A stretch of DNA of 64,000 bases from Savitreella phatthalungensis (lineage: Eukaryota). Positions 20,265 to 30,800 of this stretch are shown piece after piece. A program made the position numbers and the translations under genes. The notes under the pieces are model-generated. The model had not been told where the DNA came from. It did no database searches and saw nothing but the letters and a program-made list of their open reading frames with translations. Location: positions 682,001 through 746,000 of the forward strand of contig AP039690.1 in assembly GCA_051599415.1 (NCBI GenBank), read 5' to 3'. Within the stretch, counting starts at the first letter, position 1. Each line of letters opens with the position of its first letter.

Positions 20265-21863
20265 ATGAGCGACGTCACACGTGAGCTAGAGTCAGCCCTT
20301 CAAGACTCCATCAAGGGCTTTGCCTCACCGACGAGCACCACTGCAAATTCTCCCATCATTTCCTCATCCGAGCCTCAAACAATAGCAGATCTGTCAGAGC
20401 TCTCGGAAGTTCTCTCACATGAAGTGGTTGTATCAGAGGAAAATGCAGTCCAGGCAGAAGAACTCAAGACTCAGGGCAATGCACGACTGATAGCAAAGGA
20501 TTTCGTTGCCGCACAGGATCTCTACACTCAGGCGATTGACCTCAACCCAACAAAAGCAGTCTACTGGGCAAATCGCGCACAGGCAGAGATCTCGACAGAG
20601 CAGTATGGCAGTGCCATTGCAGACGCAACCATGGCCATCAAATTAGATCCTACATACGTCAAGGCATACTACCGCAGAGCAGTATCATATGTCTCTGTCA
20701 CCCGGCATTCAGACGCGCTCAAGGACTTCCGGAAGTGCACACAGCTGGCACCGAATGACAAATCCGCACGACTTCGGTGGCAGGAATGCAACAAGCTTGT
20801 ACGGAGACTGGCATTCGAGGCGGCGATCGAGGTCGGCGACGCTCCTTCTGCCGCCGAGGGTCTTGATCTCGCTCGGATGGACCTTGGTGACTATGACGGA
20901 GCAAGAATCGAGGACGAGGGCCGGATCACTCAGGAATTCATCGATGACATGACACAGCGATTCAAGGATGGGAAGCGTCTACACCTCAAGTACGTCTACC
21001 GAATCGTTCTTGCCGTCAAGGAGATCCTGACGACCGAGGCCACCATGACAGACGTGCATGTCGAGCAGGGGAAAGACCTGACAGTCTGCGGAGACACGCA
21101 CGGCCAGTACTACGACCTACTCAACATCTTCGACATGAACGGCTATCCATCAGAAGATCGGCCGTATCTGTTCAACGGCGACTTTGTCGACCGAGGATCT
21201 TGGTCTACGGAGGTCGCACTGACACTGTTCGCGTACAAATGGCTGATCCCAGGATCAATGCTTCTGAATCGGGGCAACCACGAGTCGATCGATCTCGGCA
21301 AGGTCTACGGGTTCGAGGGTGAGTGCAAGCACAAGTACAATGAGCGGGTATTCCACCTGTTCCAGGAGGCGTTCGGTCTGCTTCCCTTGGCGTGTCTGGT
21401 CGACGAGCGGTATCTCGTCCTTCACGGTGGTTTATTCTCGGACGACAAGGTCACGCTCGAAGACCTACGCAACATCAACCGGCACTCAAAGAAGCAGCCT
21501 GGTACGACAGGTCTGCTGATGGAGATGCTGTGGACAGACCCGCAGGACGCTCCAGGTCGTGGTGCGTCGAAGCGTGGCGTCGGTCTTCAGTTCGGCCCTG
21601 ATGTGACAAAGCGGTTCTGCGAAAACAACAACCTGAAGGCTATCATCAGGTCGCACGAGGTCAGGATGGACGGATACGAAATCCAGCACGACGGACGCTG
21701 TATCACCGTCTTCTCAGCAGCAGACTACTGCGACTCAGTCAAGAACAAAGGCGCCTTTGTCAAAATCGACCATCAAGGTCAACTCAACTTCACCCAGTAC
21801 GATGCCGCACCACATCCGCCAATCAAGCCAATGGCATACGCATCCCCAGTCAGCTTCATGTGA
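20265..21863 (+). CDS. PPT1: Ser/Thr protein phosphatase 5 (TPR + PPP)
   Basis: Three TPRs; GDTHGQ, GDFVDRG, RGNHE, RSHE; C-terminal KPMAYA. Confidence 0.97.
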   Translation: MSDVTRELESALQDSIKGFASPTSTTANSPIISSSEPQTIADLSELSEVLSHEVVVSEENAVQAEELKTQGNARLIAKDFVAAQDLYTQAIDLNPTKAVYWANRAQAEISTEQYGSAIADATMAIKLDPTYVKAYYRRAVSYVSVTRHSDALKDFRKCTQLAPNDKSARLRWQECNKLVRRLAFEAAIEVGDAPSAAEGLDLARMDLGDYDGARIEDEGRITQEFIDDMTQRFKDGKRLHLKYVYRIVLAVKEILTTEATMTDVHVEQGKDLTVCGDTHGQYYDLLNIFDMNGYPSEDRPYLFNGDFVDRGSWSTEVALTLFAYKWLIPGSMLLNRGNHESIDLGKVYGFEGECKHKYNERVFHLFQEAFGLLPLACLVDERYLVLHGGLFSDDKVTLEDLRNINRHSKKQPGTTGLLMEMLWTDPQDAPGRGASKRGVGLQFGPDVTKRFCENNNLKAIIRSHEVRMDGYEIQHDGRCITVFSAADYCDSVKNKGAFVKIDHQGQLNFTQYDAAPHPPIKPMAYASPVSFM

Positions 21864-22092
21864 TACACGCACCATTCGCACTTGCACTCACCCACAAAGC
21901 ACCGAAGGGCACCATTCACCAGCATTACAAACACAATTCGCACATCACAAACGATATCAAACGCATGTACTCACGCAATTAGCATTATACTCATGAGACA
22001 AAGAACATCCGATCGTGAAGACATGTAGTGCACTACATAGCTGGATTTGTTTGTTATTGTATTTTGTACAAGATCGGGAGTCTAATTAGAGG

Positions 22093-23115
22093 TCATGCAT
22101 CGATCGACCAGATTCTGACGTGTGCATCGTCGCCAGCGCTGTAGAGTAGATTGCCATCGTCTGACCACGTGAGATGGTTGATTTCGTGAACGCCGTGAGC
22201 GGCAAGTTGCTCTACGTAGACTTCCCACGTGTCAGGTGACTCGGTTGCACGGTACACTGCGATGATGCCGTCCTGGCCAGCTGTGGCGATCAAATTCGTA
22301 GCACTCCATGCGACAGTGTACACGTCACCCGTGTGGACGCGCGGCAGCACAGCCTCGCATGCCCACTCCTGCTCGAGGTCAGGCCTGATGATGGATGGCA
22401 GTGCATCCGGATCACGCTGTGGCGCAGTCAGTCGTCTCCACACGCGTACAGTCCCATCAGCGGATGCAGAGCACAGTCTAGTGGGTGCCACCCCATCGTC
22501 ACCGCCACCAGAAGCACGATCGAACGCGATCGACCACACAGTCCCCTCGTGCGATCGGAGGACAGCACAGCAGACCCAGTCGTCACCATCGTCGCGCCAA
22601 AGTCTGACAGTGTCATCGTAGGAGCCCGTGGCGAGGAGATCCTCGCGCGGGTGCCATGCAACGCACTTGACATCCTGAGAGTGCTCCTGCAGAACAGCCG
22701 CACACTCGGGATCCTCGTAGTTCGAAGCGTCCCAGATCCACACGCTCTTGTCGCGAGAACACGTAGCGAGGTACTGACCACCAGCAGACCACCCAACATC
22801 CTTCACCTCATTCTCGTGACCCTCGAGCAAGCCTGCACACTCCCACTCGTCCGTGTAGTCCCAGATGCCAGAAGTGCTATCGAACGAGGCGGTCGCTAGC
22901 ACAGGGTTCGTCTCAGGCGTTGTGGATGGGCGCCATGCACATGATCGGATACTCCGTTTGTGGTGACCTTCGACGGTGCCAGTGTGAGTGGTACCACGGT
23001 AGATCCGGACCGTTCGATCACTCGACGCAGTCGCAATCAGTGGACCCTGCACAGACACATGCCATACACGATCCCCGTGGCCTGTGAGTTGACCAACCTC
23101 ATGCAATCCGACCAT
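22093..23115 (-). CDS. CIA1: Cytosolic Fe-S assembly WD40 protein
   Basis: HKRSIRS, LEGHENEVK, LATCSRDKSVWIW, LQEHSQDVK, AHGVHEIN. Confidence 0.96.
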   Translation of the reverse strand: MVGLHEVGQLTGHGDRVWHVSVQGPLIATASSDRTVRIYRGTTHTGTVEGHHKRSIRSCAWRPSTTPETNPVLATASFDSTSGIWDYTDEWECAGLLEGHENEVKDVGWSAGGQYLATCSRDKSVWIWDASNYEDPECAAVLQEHSQDVKCVAWHPREDLLATGSYDDTVRLWRDDGDDWVCCAVLRSHEGTVWSIAFDRASGGGDDGVAPTRLCSASADGTVRVWRRLTAPQRDPDALPSIIRPDLEQEWACEAVLPRVHTGDVYTVAWSATNLIATAGQDGIIAVYRATESPDTWEVYVEQLAAHGVHEINHLTWSDDGNLLYSAGDDAHVRIWSIDA

Positions 23116-24423
23116 AGGATTCCCCAGTAATCAAGGAGAAGCGGGGAAGGGGTCGAAGAAGGAGGAACTTTAGGAGGGGAAGGAAGCAGTGAGTGACGTA
23201 CTGTGAGCTTGATACCTTTTTCCATTTTGTGCATGCGCATTTGCTTCATGAATGTGCATGTGCATACTTTGCTATAGTGAAGTCAGTCAGTAGAGTCAGT
23301 GAGACAGTCAGTGAGTCAATCGATCGATCGTTTGTGCATTCATTCGTTCGGAAGCTCCATCGATTGATTCATGCAGTCAATCGAAGATGAATTTGAAATT
23401 CTATTATCCATAAGATGCAGGAAATTCTGAACTCCTGTTTCGAGGAACCTACGTACACATACTACACCATAAGTATCAGCACCGCGTAGGGATTTAACAA
23501 CATGTTCGATCGATCGATCGTGCATATGTTGCACCACATGTATCACATCATCCAAATAATCAGATTCAGATTAAATGATTCAATATCAGCGATCTGCTCC
23601 AATATTATCACTCTGATCATCTAGCTCTGAATGAAGAATGAATTTACATTTCTAATCAATCAATCGCTCACGCAGTCATACACATATATCTATCTTAAAT
23701 TTATATCTTAACTCTTCATCAATTATCTTCAATCGATTATAATTGATCATATGAATTAATTATATTTGACTCCTCATAGGTTGTCTGCCGATCTCTTACT
23801 TCTGGAGTGATAGAACTCTAGAGTCCATTTCACTGCTCGAGCAGAATCTAAATTACCCTTTTGTCAAATCACAGTTGAAGTGATCAATCTCTCAGAAGTT
23901 GCAACTCCTATCTCCAAAATATTTCATCTCCAAAATATACAGTAGCCACAAGCACGGTCGGCGATCCAAAGCCCTTTAAGGCTAAGGATCTTTGTACATT
24001 CAGATCAACGCTGTTCGCGACATACTCAACGTCAGGTATCCATCCTATAACGTCTATCACGCTCAAAGATCAAGCTACAGAGCTCTCTCCTGTATCCTCT
24101 CGTCTCACAGGTGATCAAGGTCGACAAGTCTACCGCAGAAAGTCCATCTACCTTCTTCCCCGCTATCCGTTACAGGGTTTCATTGTCTCACACACCTCTT
24201 CTTTCACATAATCGTCTCCACAATCCCGCATCTCCTACCTCACACTTCCCATCTGCTACCTCACATCTCCCAGCAGGCGGCGCATCATATGTCTCAGGCA
24301 GGTCTCCCTTAGAGAGTCCATAGAGAGTCTCCCGACGTCCTTCACCGTTCAATTTCCTTTCCTTTCCTGTCCTTTTCCCTCCCTACATCCTCCCCAGACC
24401 TCTAGATCTCAATCCCCTCAGGA

Positions 24424-26865
24424 ATGCACCCTACAGGCAGGCCGCCGACCGCTGGTCAGCCTCCGGGCGCACAAAATGGTACTCCGTGGCAGCGCACACA
24501 TAGTTACTCTCACTCAGTCGGATCCGGACAGTTCAGAGACTCCAGCATGCGAAGTGCAGGCGCATCAGACAACTTTGCCGTTCCCTCATCTGCCATTTCC
24601 CCGAGCTCACCCTATCGGTCCTCACCCCGGAAGAGTCCGAGCATGGGTCTGGGAGGAGCCATGTCCCCGCGTCTCCAGCCCCTCACTCCGCGAGACCCAC
24701 ACCCACAGCCAACAAACAAACTACGCAGAGTGGCCGAGGTAGGCCTGCGGCCACGGAGAAACATGCAGCCGCCACTTCGTCGAGCGAAGCCCGAAGGAGG
24801 ATATCTTTCACCTTTACAGGCAGCCACCACGCATCTCACCCAGACCTACCGTATCTGCAACCCAAATTTTGACTATCAGACCTCCAGTAATCCACGGAGA
24901 GTCCTCACAAAGCCCTCCGAAGGCGTCAACAACGGTGGCTTCGACAATGAGGACTCCGACTATATTCTGTACGTCAACGACGTGCTTGGTATTGACGAAG
25001 GACATAAATACCTGATCCTCGATGTCCTAGGTCAGGGCACATTTGGCCAGGTTGTCAAGTGCCAGAATATGAAGACGCTCGAAGTCGTCGCTGTCAAGGT
25101 CATCAAGAACAAGACCGCCTACTTTAATCAGTCGATGATGGAGGTCACAATCCTTGACCTGCTCAACAACAAGCTTGACCAGAAGGATGAGCACCACATC
25201 CTTCGCCTCAAGGATACTTTTATTCATCGACACCATCTCTGCCTTGTCTTTGAGCTTCTCAGTGTCAATCTATATGAGCTCATCAAGCAGAATCACTTCA
25301 GGGGTCTTTCGATGAACCTCGTGCGCGTCTTTGCCACGCAGCTGCTCGACGCCATGATCATGCTCAATGAGGCCAAAATCATTCACTGCGATCTCAAGCC
25401 GGAGAACATTCTCCTCAAAAACCTCGAGACACCAAACATCAAGGTGATCGACTTTGGTTCAGCGTGTCACGAGCGGCAGACAGTGTATACCTATATCCAG
25501 TCGCGATTCTACCGATCACCAGAAGTCCTACTAGGTCTTCCATACTCTGCAGCGATCGACATCTGGTCTCTAGGCTGCATTGTTGCCGAGCTCTTCCTTG
25601 GCCTGCCACTGTTCCCTGGCAGCTCAGAGTACAATCAGATCACACGAATCGCCGAGATGATGGGCTTGCCACCTGCATGGATGCTCGAGATGGGCAAGCA
25701 GAGTGGCGAGTTCTTTGAGAAGAGTATTGAAGAAGATGCAGCCGGTCGAAAGCGATACCGCCTAAAGTCTCTCGAGCAGTACAGTCGCGAGCACGGCGTG
25801 ACGGAACAGCCAAGCAAGCGCTACTTCAATGAGACTACCTTGCACGATCTCGTCCTGCGGTATCCTCTTCCGAAGAAGAACATGTCTGAGAAGGACGCTA
25901 ACAAGGAAATTTACCAACGAACAGCCTTTATCGACTTTATTCGCGGACTCCTGAATTTAAATCCGCTCGAGCGCTGGTCGCCACAGCAGGCAAAGCAGCA
26001 TCCCTTCATCACGGGGCAACGCTATCAGGGGCCCTTCGTGCCACCCATGTTCAGGTCGGCCAAAAAGCCTTCTGCGGAAAATCCGCTGCCGCCTCCACCG
26101 TCTCACCGCAACCAGGCACCTCAACAGAAGGCAGCCGAGCAGCTCATCGCAAGTCAAGCTGCAGCGCATGAGAAGGCCGAAGCAGTCCGTCAGCAACAGG
26201 AGCAGGAGCAGCGTCAACAGCAGCAAGTCCAGCAGCAGATGTCCCCGACCTTCTCAGGTCAAACACCGATCCTTGCGAGCACACCTGAGAACCAGATCTA
26301 CGGTCAGCAGCCGCAGCAGAGCTTCATGTTTGGACAGCCTCCGTCAGGACAAATGTCGCCAGCAGATATCGGCCTTGGCCTTTCAGGCTTCCCATCCGGT
26401 CCGTCAAACATGCCATACATGTATCAAGGTGGCGCCGCTATTGCTGGAGCCGGCGCGCAAAGTTACGGAATGTCGCAAGGTGCGAGTATCGCGTCCGCCC
26501 TCCAGCAACCTCCACCGGCAGCCCAGCAGCAGCACACCTTCCAGCAGCGCCGTGCACGTGCAGGCACTTTGGGTAACATCGACTCTCCGGTGCACTTTGG
26601 CCGGCATGCGGCAGCGCTGAACCCGACGTTACGCAACAGCCCCATCTACGGATACTTCCCGGACGTCCGTCGAGGCGGGGATCCAGCTCAGCAGGCGTAC
26701 CTCGGCACCGGCCAAGGCTCAGGTGATGTACGGCGTGGATCGATCCACCCGCCACCACAAGCACAGCAGGGCGCAGATGGCAGCAGTGGCAGCAGCACGG
26801 GCACACACACGAGGCAGAACTCTGAGCAGTACGGCAGTCAGTACTTTCCACGCTGGCAAGGATGA
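24424..26865 (+). CDS. YAK1: DYRK-family kinase Yak1
   Basis: NPRRVLTKPS, DYILYVND, LGQGTFGQV, HCDLKPEN, YTYIQSRFYRSPE; Q-rich C-terminus. Confidence 0.96.
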   Translation: MHPTGRPPTAGQPPGAQNGTPWQRTHSYSHSVGSGQFRDSSMRSAGASDNFAVPSSAISPSSPYRSSPRKSPSMGLGGAMSPRLQPLTPRDPHPQPTNKLRRVAEVGLRPRRNMQPPLRRAKPEGGYLSPLQAATTHLTQTYRICNPNFDYQTSSNPRRVLTKPSEGVNNGGFDNEDSDYILYVNDVLGIDEGHKYLILDVLGQGTFGQVVKCQNMKTLEVVAVKVIKNKTAYFNQSMMEVTILDLLNNKLDQKDEHHILRLKDTFIHRHHLCLVFELLSVNLYELIKQNHFRGLSMNLVRVFATQLLDAMIMLNEAKIIHCDLKPENILLKNLETPNIKVIDFGSACHERQTVYTYIQSRFYRSPEVLLGLPYSAAIDIWSLGCIVAELFLGLPLFPGSSEYNQITRIAEMMGLPPAWMLEMGKQSGEFFEKSIEEDAAGRKRYRLKSLEQYSREHGVTEQPSKRYFNETTLHDLVLRYPLPKKNMSEKDANKEIYQRTAFIDFIRGLLNLNPLERWSPQQAKQHPFITGQRYQGPFVPPMFRSAKKPSAENPLPPPPSHRNQAPQQKAAEQLIASQAAAHEKAEAVRQQQEQEQRQQQQVQQQMSPTFSGQTPILASTPENQIYGQQPQQSFMFGQPPSGQMSPADIGLGLSGFPSGPSNMPYMYQGGAAIAGAGAQSYGMSQGASIASALQQPPPAAQQQHTFQQRRARAGTLGNIDSPVHFGRHAAALNPTLRNSPIYGYFPDVRRGGDPAQQAYLGTGQGSGDVRRGSIHPPPQAQQGADGSSGSSTGTHTRQNSEQYGSQYFPRWQG

Positions 26866-27010
26866 GATTGAGAAGCCCAGGAAGGAGTCTGCAGGACGCT
26901 CACCAGGTCCTCACGTTCATATACACGTACGTACGTACACACCACCCACACACGAGTACGGCAAGTAGAGCCATGAGATATGATACAAAATTGGGAATGA
27001 CTTAGATCCA

Positions 27011-27442
27011 TCATGCAGAAGTAAGTCTGTTGAATCCTTCTGTGCAGTACTGTGTCAGCGCATCGGCGCGCGTGTCCAGCGTCCTGACCGCACACCGCGG
27101 CGTCCCATGAAGAGCAAGAAGCAACTGTGGCTTCTCTGTGCCTCCTAGCATTGTCGCGAGCACTTTGTTATCCTTGACAGCGCTCGAGGGAAATTCTATC
27201 GACCTTACCACGAGCGTCGATCCGTCGTCTAGTCTGAACGAGTACTTGCCTTCCTTCTCGCTCACCGACTCAGCAGCCCACAACCCAGCTGTCAGAGCAG
27301 CCACCACCCGACACTTCCGTCGACTCGAACTCCCAGGCGCCGACCCAATCAAGCTACCACTCGCCGTAAACACTATCGCGCTCGTAACTTCCCCATTCAC
27401 AGCCTGATCGAGCAACTCTTCAATAGCATCAGAGTTCAGCAT
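27011..27442 (-). CDS. LAMTOR2: Roadblock-fold Ragulator subunit LAMTOR2/Lam2-like (143 aa)
   Basis: From ATG 27442, MLNSDAIEELLDQAVNGEVTSAIVFTASGSLIG...VVAALTAGLW...LLLAL...RADALTQY parallels LAMTOR2 (MLRPKALTQVLSQANTGGV...EGSLLA...AAIASNIW...KAQALVQY). Confidence 0.75.
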   Translation of the reverse strand: MLNSDAIEELLDQAVNGEVTSAIVFTASGSLIGSAPGSSSRRKCRVVAALTAGLWAAESVSEKEGKYSFRLDDGSTLVVRSIEFPSSAVKDNKVLATMLGGTEKPQLLLALHGTPRCAVRTLDTRADALTQYCTEGFNRLTSA

Positions 27443-27853
27443 CCGCTCTCTGGAAGCCCTTGTTGTCGTGTGACTTCTACCGCAATCAACCTTTATGACG
27501 GTGCACCGATAGCCTCGATAGTACGGATCATATTCTGCGTGTACAAGTCCGAGTAAATGCAGTCTCAGGGAAATGAAGATCAATCCACCTGACTGGTATA
27601 CTATATGTATATACTGTGATCGATCGTCAGTAGACACTATACATCAATCCTACAAGGACACCTACATCATCTCCCGTCTCTCTCCAGTGTCCTAACTCTT
27701 TACGGGACTTGTCACGAGTGAGGCAAGGTCATAGGCCTCTAGCAGGCTGACACAGTCGCCATTGATGCTTGCGACCAATCTCCAGGCGTGACGCACTTTC
27801 TCCATTTGTCTTCCCACCTCTACCACTAGAGCTACTGCTCCAGCGCCTCCGTG

Positions 27854-30800
27854 ATGGAGCACATCTTTACAGACCTCAGGTCCCGTCATGAGGAAGTTCG
27901 GACCCGAGCTGCTTCAGACCTGAGAGACTATGTATCAGCAACGGCGAGAGAACTCTCAGGAGAAGCCTTCACCCGCTTCAATAACGATATCAACAAGCGC
28001 ATCTTCGAACTCATCCACTCAAACGATATCTGCGACAAGCTAGGCGCCATCGCAGCCATCGACAAGCTGATCGACATCGATGGCGAAGAGGGCAACACGA
28101 AGATCACCCGATTCGCAAATTACCTCAGAATCGTTCTCCCTGGAAACGATGTGCAGGCGATGTCGATGGCTGCCAAGGCTCTAGGCAGGCTTGCAGTCTC
28201 TGGAGGCGTTCTCACGGTCGAATTTGTAGAGTTCGAGATCAAGCGAGCGCTCGAGTGGCTGCAGGGCGATCGAAACGAGAACAGGCGAATGGCGGCGGTG
28301 CTGATGCTGAAGGAGTTCGCCATCAATGCGCCCACACTAATCTATTCGTATGTCTCTCAGATACTCGATCTGCTCTGGACAGCACTCCGGGACCCGAAGG
28401 TCATCATCCGCAACGCCGCAGCAGACAACCTTGCCAGCTGTCTCGACATCATCCTCCAGCGAGAGACTTCCCTTCGTGTACAGTGGTACGTCCGCATCCT
28501 CGAAGAAGCAGACCACGGTCTCAAGAGCAGCAGCGCAGACGTCGTCCACGGCAGTCTCTTAGCGTATCGCGCACTCCTCCTCAAGGCAGGCATGTTCATG
28601 CACGAGAAGTACAGAGGCGCCTGCGAGCTCGTCCTAAGATACAAAGATCACCGCGACAATCTGATTCGCCGCACAGTCGTCGGACTCATTCCGACGCTTG
28701 CTTCTTACAATCCGAACGACTTCATCAACAGCTACCTTCAGAAGAGCATGGTCCATCTTCTTGCACAGCTGAAGAAGGACAGAGACAGGTCGTACTCGTT
28801 CATCGTCATCGGTGAGGTCGCAATTGCCGTCAAATCTGCCATCAACCCATATCTCGAAGCCATCCTCGCAAATGTACGCGAGGGTCTCTCAATCAAGCAG
28901 CGTGGCAGCACAAAGCGCGAAAACGAAGCTGCCATCTTCAAATGTGTCTCCCTCCTCGCCACAGCGGTAGGTCAAGCACTCCGGCCCCATATGCACGAGC
29001 TACTGGATATGATGTTCGCTTCGGGTCTCTCGGAGGCCCTAGCTCGAGCACTCGTTGACCTAGCCAACTACATCCCACCCTTGCTCGCATCCATTCAGGA
29101 GCGTCTTCTCAACCTCATCGCCCTCATCCTCAGCGGGAAACCATTCAGACCGCCTGGAAGTCCCCACAACCAGACTGCCAGCATCACAAGAGAGATGCGT
29201 GAGGCATATGCTGCGAGCGAGACTCGCGACGCCGAGCTCGTCACCCTCGCCTTGACAATCCTTGGCAGCTTCGACTTCACGAACCACGTCTTGAACGAAT
29301 TCGTCCGCGACTGCGTCATCACGTATCTCGAGGACGACAACGCTGAAGTACGTAAAGCAGCTGCGCTGACATCGTGTCAGCTCTTCGTACGCGATCCCAT
29401 CTGCTTCCAAACAAGCACATACGCCATCCAGCTTGTGGGCGAAGTGCTTGAGAAACTTCTGACCGTCGGTATTGCGGACCCCGACCACGCCATCCGCCAG
29501 ATCGTCCTCTCGTCCCTCGATGAGCGATTCGATCGCCATCTCGCCCAGGCAGAGAACGTCCGCAGTCTTTTCATCGCGCTCAACGACGAAGTCTTTGAGA
29601 TTCGTCAGATCACCATCACCATCATCGGGCGACTAACATACCATAATCCTGCGTATGTCATGCCATCTCTCCGCAAGACACTTATTCAGCTACTCACCGA
29701 GCTCGAATACTCCGGCGTCTCCCGCAACAAGGAAGAATCATCGCGACTTCTCGCCTTCCTCGTCGCAGCCGCCAGCAAGCTCATCAAGCCGTACGTCGAG
29801 CCCATGCTTCGTGTCCTTCTGCCGAAGGCGAAAGATCCGTCGCCGGGCGTGTCTTCCAGCGTCATGGCTGCCCTCGGTGAGCTCTCTGTTGTCGGCGGGG
29901 AAGATCTTGTCAAATATCTCAGACAGCTTATGCCGCTCATCATAGAGACGCTACAGGACCAGAGTTCCAGTGTAAAGCGAGACGCGGCACTCAAGACACT
30001 CGGTCAGCTCGCTCGGTCATCAGGTTACGTTATCGACCCGTACCTGGACTATCCGATTCTCCTCGACACTCTGATTGCCATCCTCAAGACTGAGCAGACC
30101 GGGTCGATCCGCAGGGAGACAGTCAAGTTGATCGGCATCCTCGGTGCGCTCGACCCGTATCGTCACCAACTCCTCAGCAGCGGTCCGGAAGACAACATGC
30201 CAGAGCAGAAGGCAGTCACGCAGGACGTATCACTCCTCCTAAACGGCATGAATCCGTCAGCTGAAGAGTACTACCCTACTGTTGTCATCACAACGCTCAT
30301 GTCCATCCTGAAAGATCCTTCCCTTTCAATCCACCACACAGCTGTCATCCAGGCGATCATGTACATCTTCAAAACGCTCGGCCTACGCTGCGTCCCTTTC
30401 CTATCACAAATCATTCCGGGCTTCCTGGCGGTCATGCGCACATCCACACCATCCATCCTCGAGTTTTATTTCCAGCAACTCGGCATTCTCATCTCCATCG
30501 TCAAGCAGCACATCCGCAATTTCCTTCCTGACGTTTTCCGCCTTATCAAAGAGTACTGGAATCCGACCTCGAACCTGCAGCTCACCATCCTCACTTTGAT
30601 CGAGTCCGTCGCTCGTGCGCTCGAAGGCGAGTTCAAGGCGTACCTGCCATCACTACTCCCACTCATGCTCAACATCTTCGACGTTGACACCACACCCGGC
30701 AGGGCACCGACTCACAAGGTCTTGCACGCATTCATCGTCTTTGGCTCAAACGTCGAGGAGTACATGCACCTTGTTCTGCCGGTCATTGTTCGGGTGTTTG

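Noticed and set aside
23300..23760. Runs of ATCGATCG in AT-rich intergenic DNA
   Set aside because: Short, irregularly spaced simple repeats with no array or spacer structure.
24036..24110. Possible 5' UTR intron of YAK1 (GTATCC...CACAG)
   Set aside because: No clear CTRAC branch point, so it is unsupported without transcripts.
27443..27637. 65-aa N-terminal extension of the LAMTOR2-like ORF in the track
   Set aside because: It begins at GTG; similarity starts exactly at ATG 27442.
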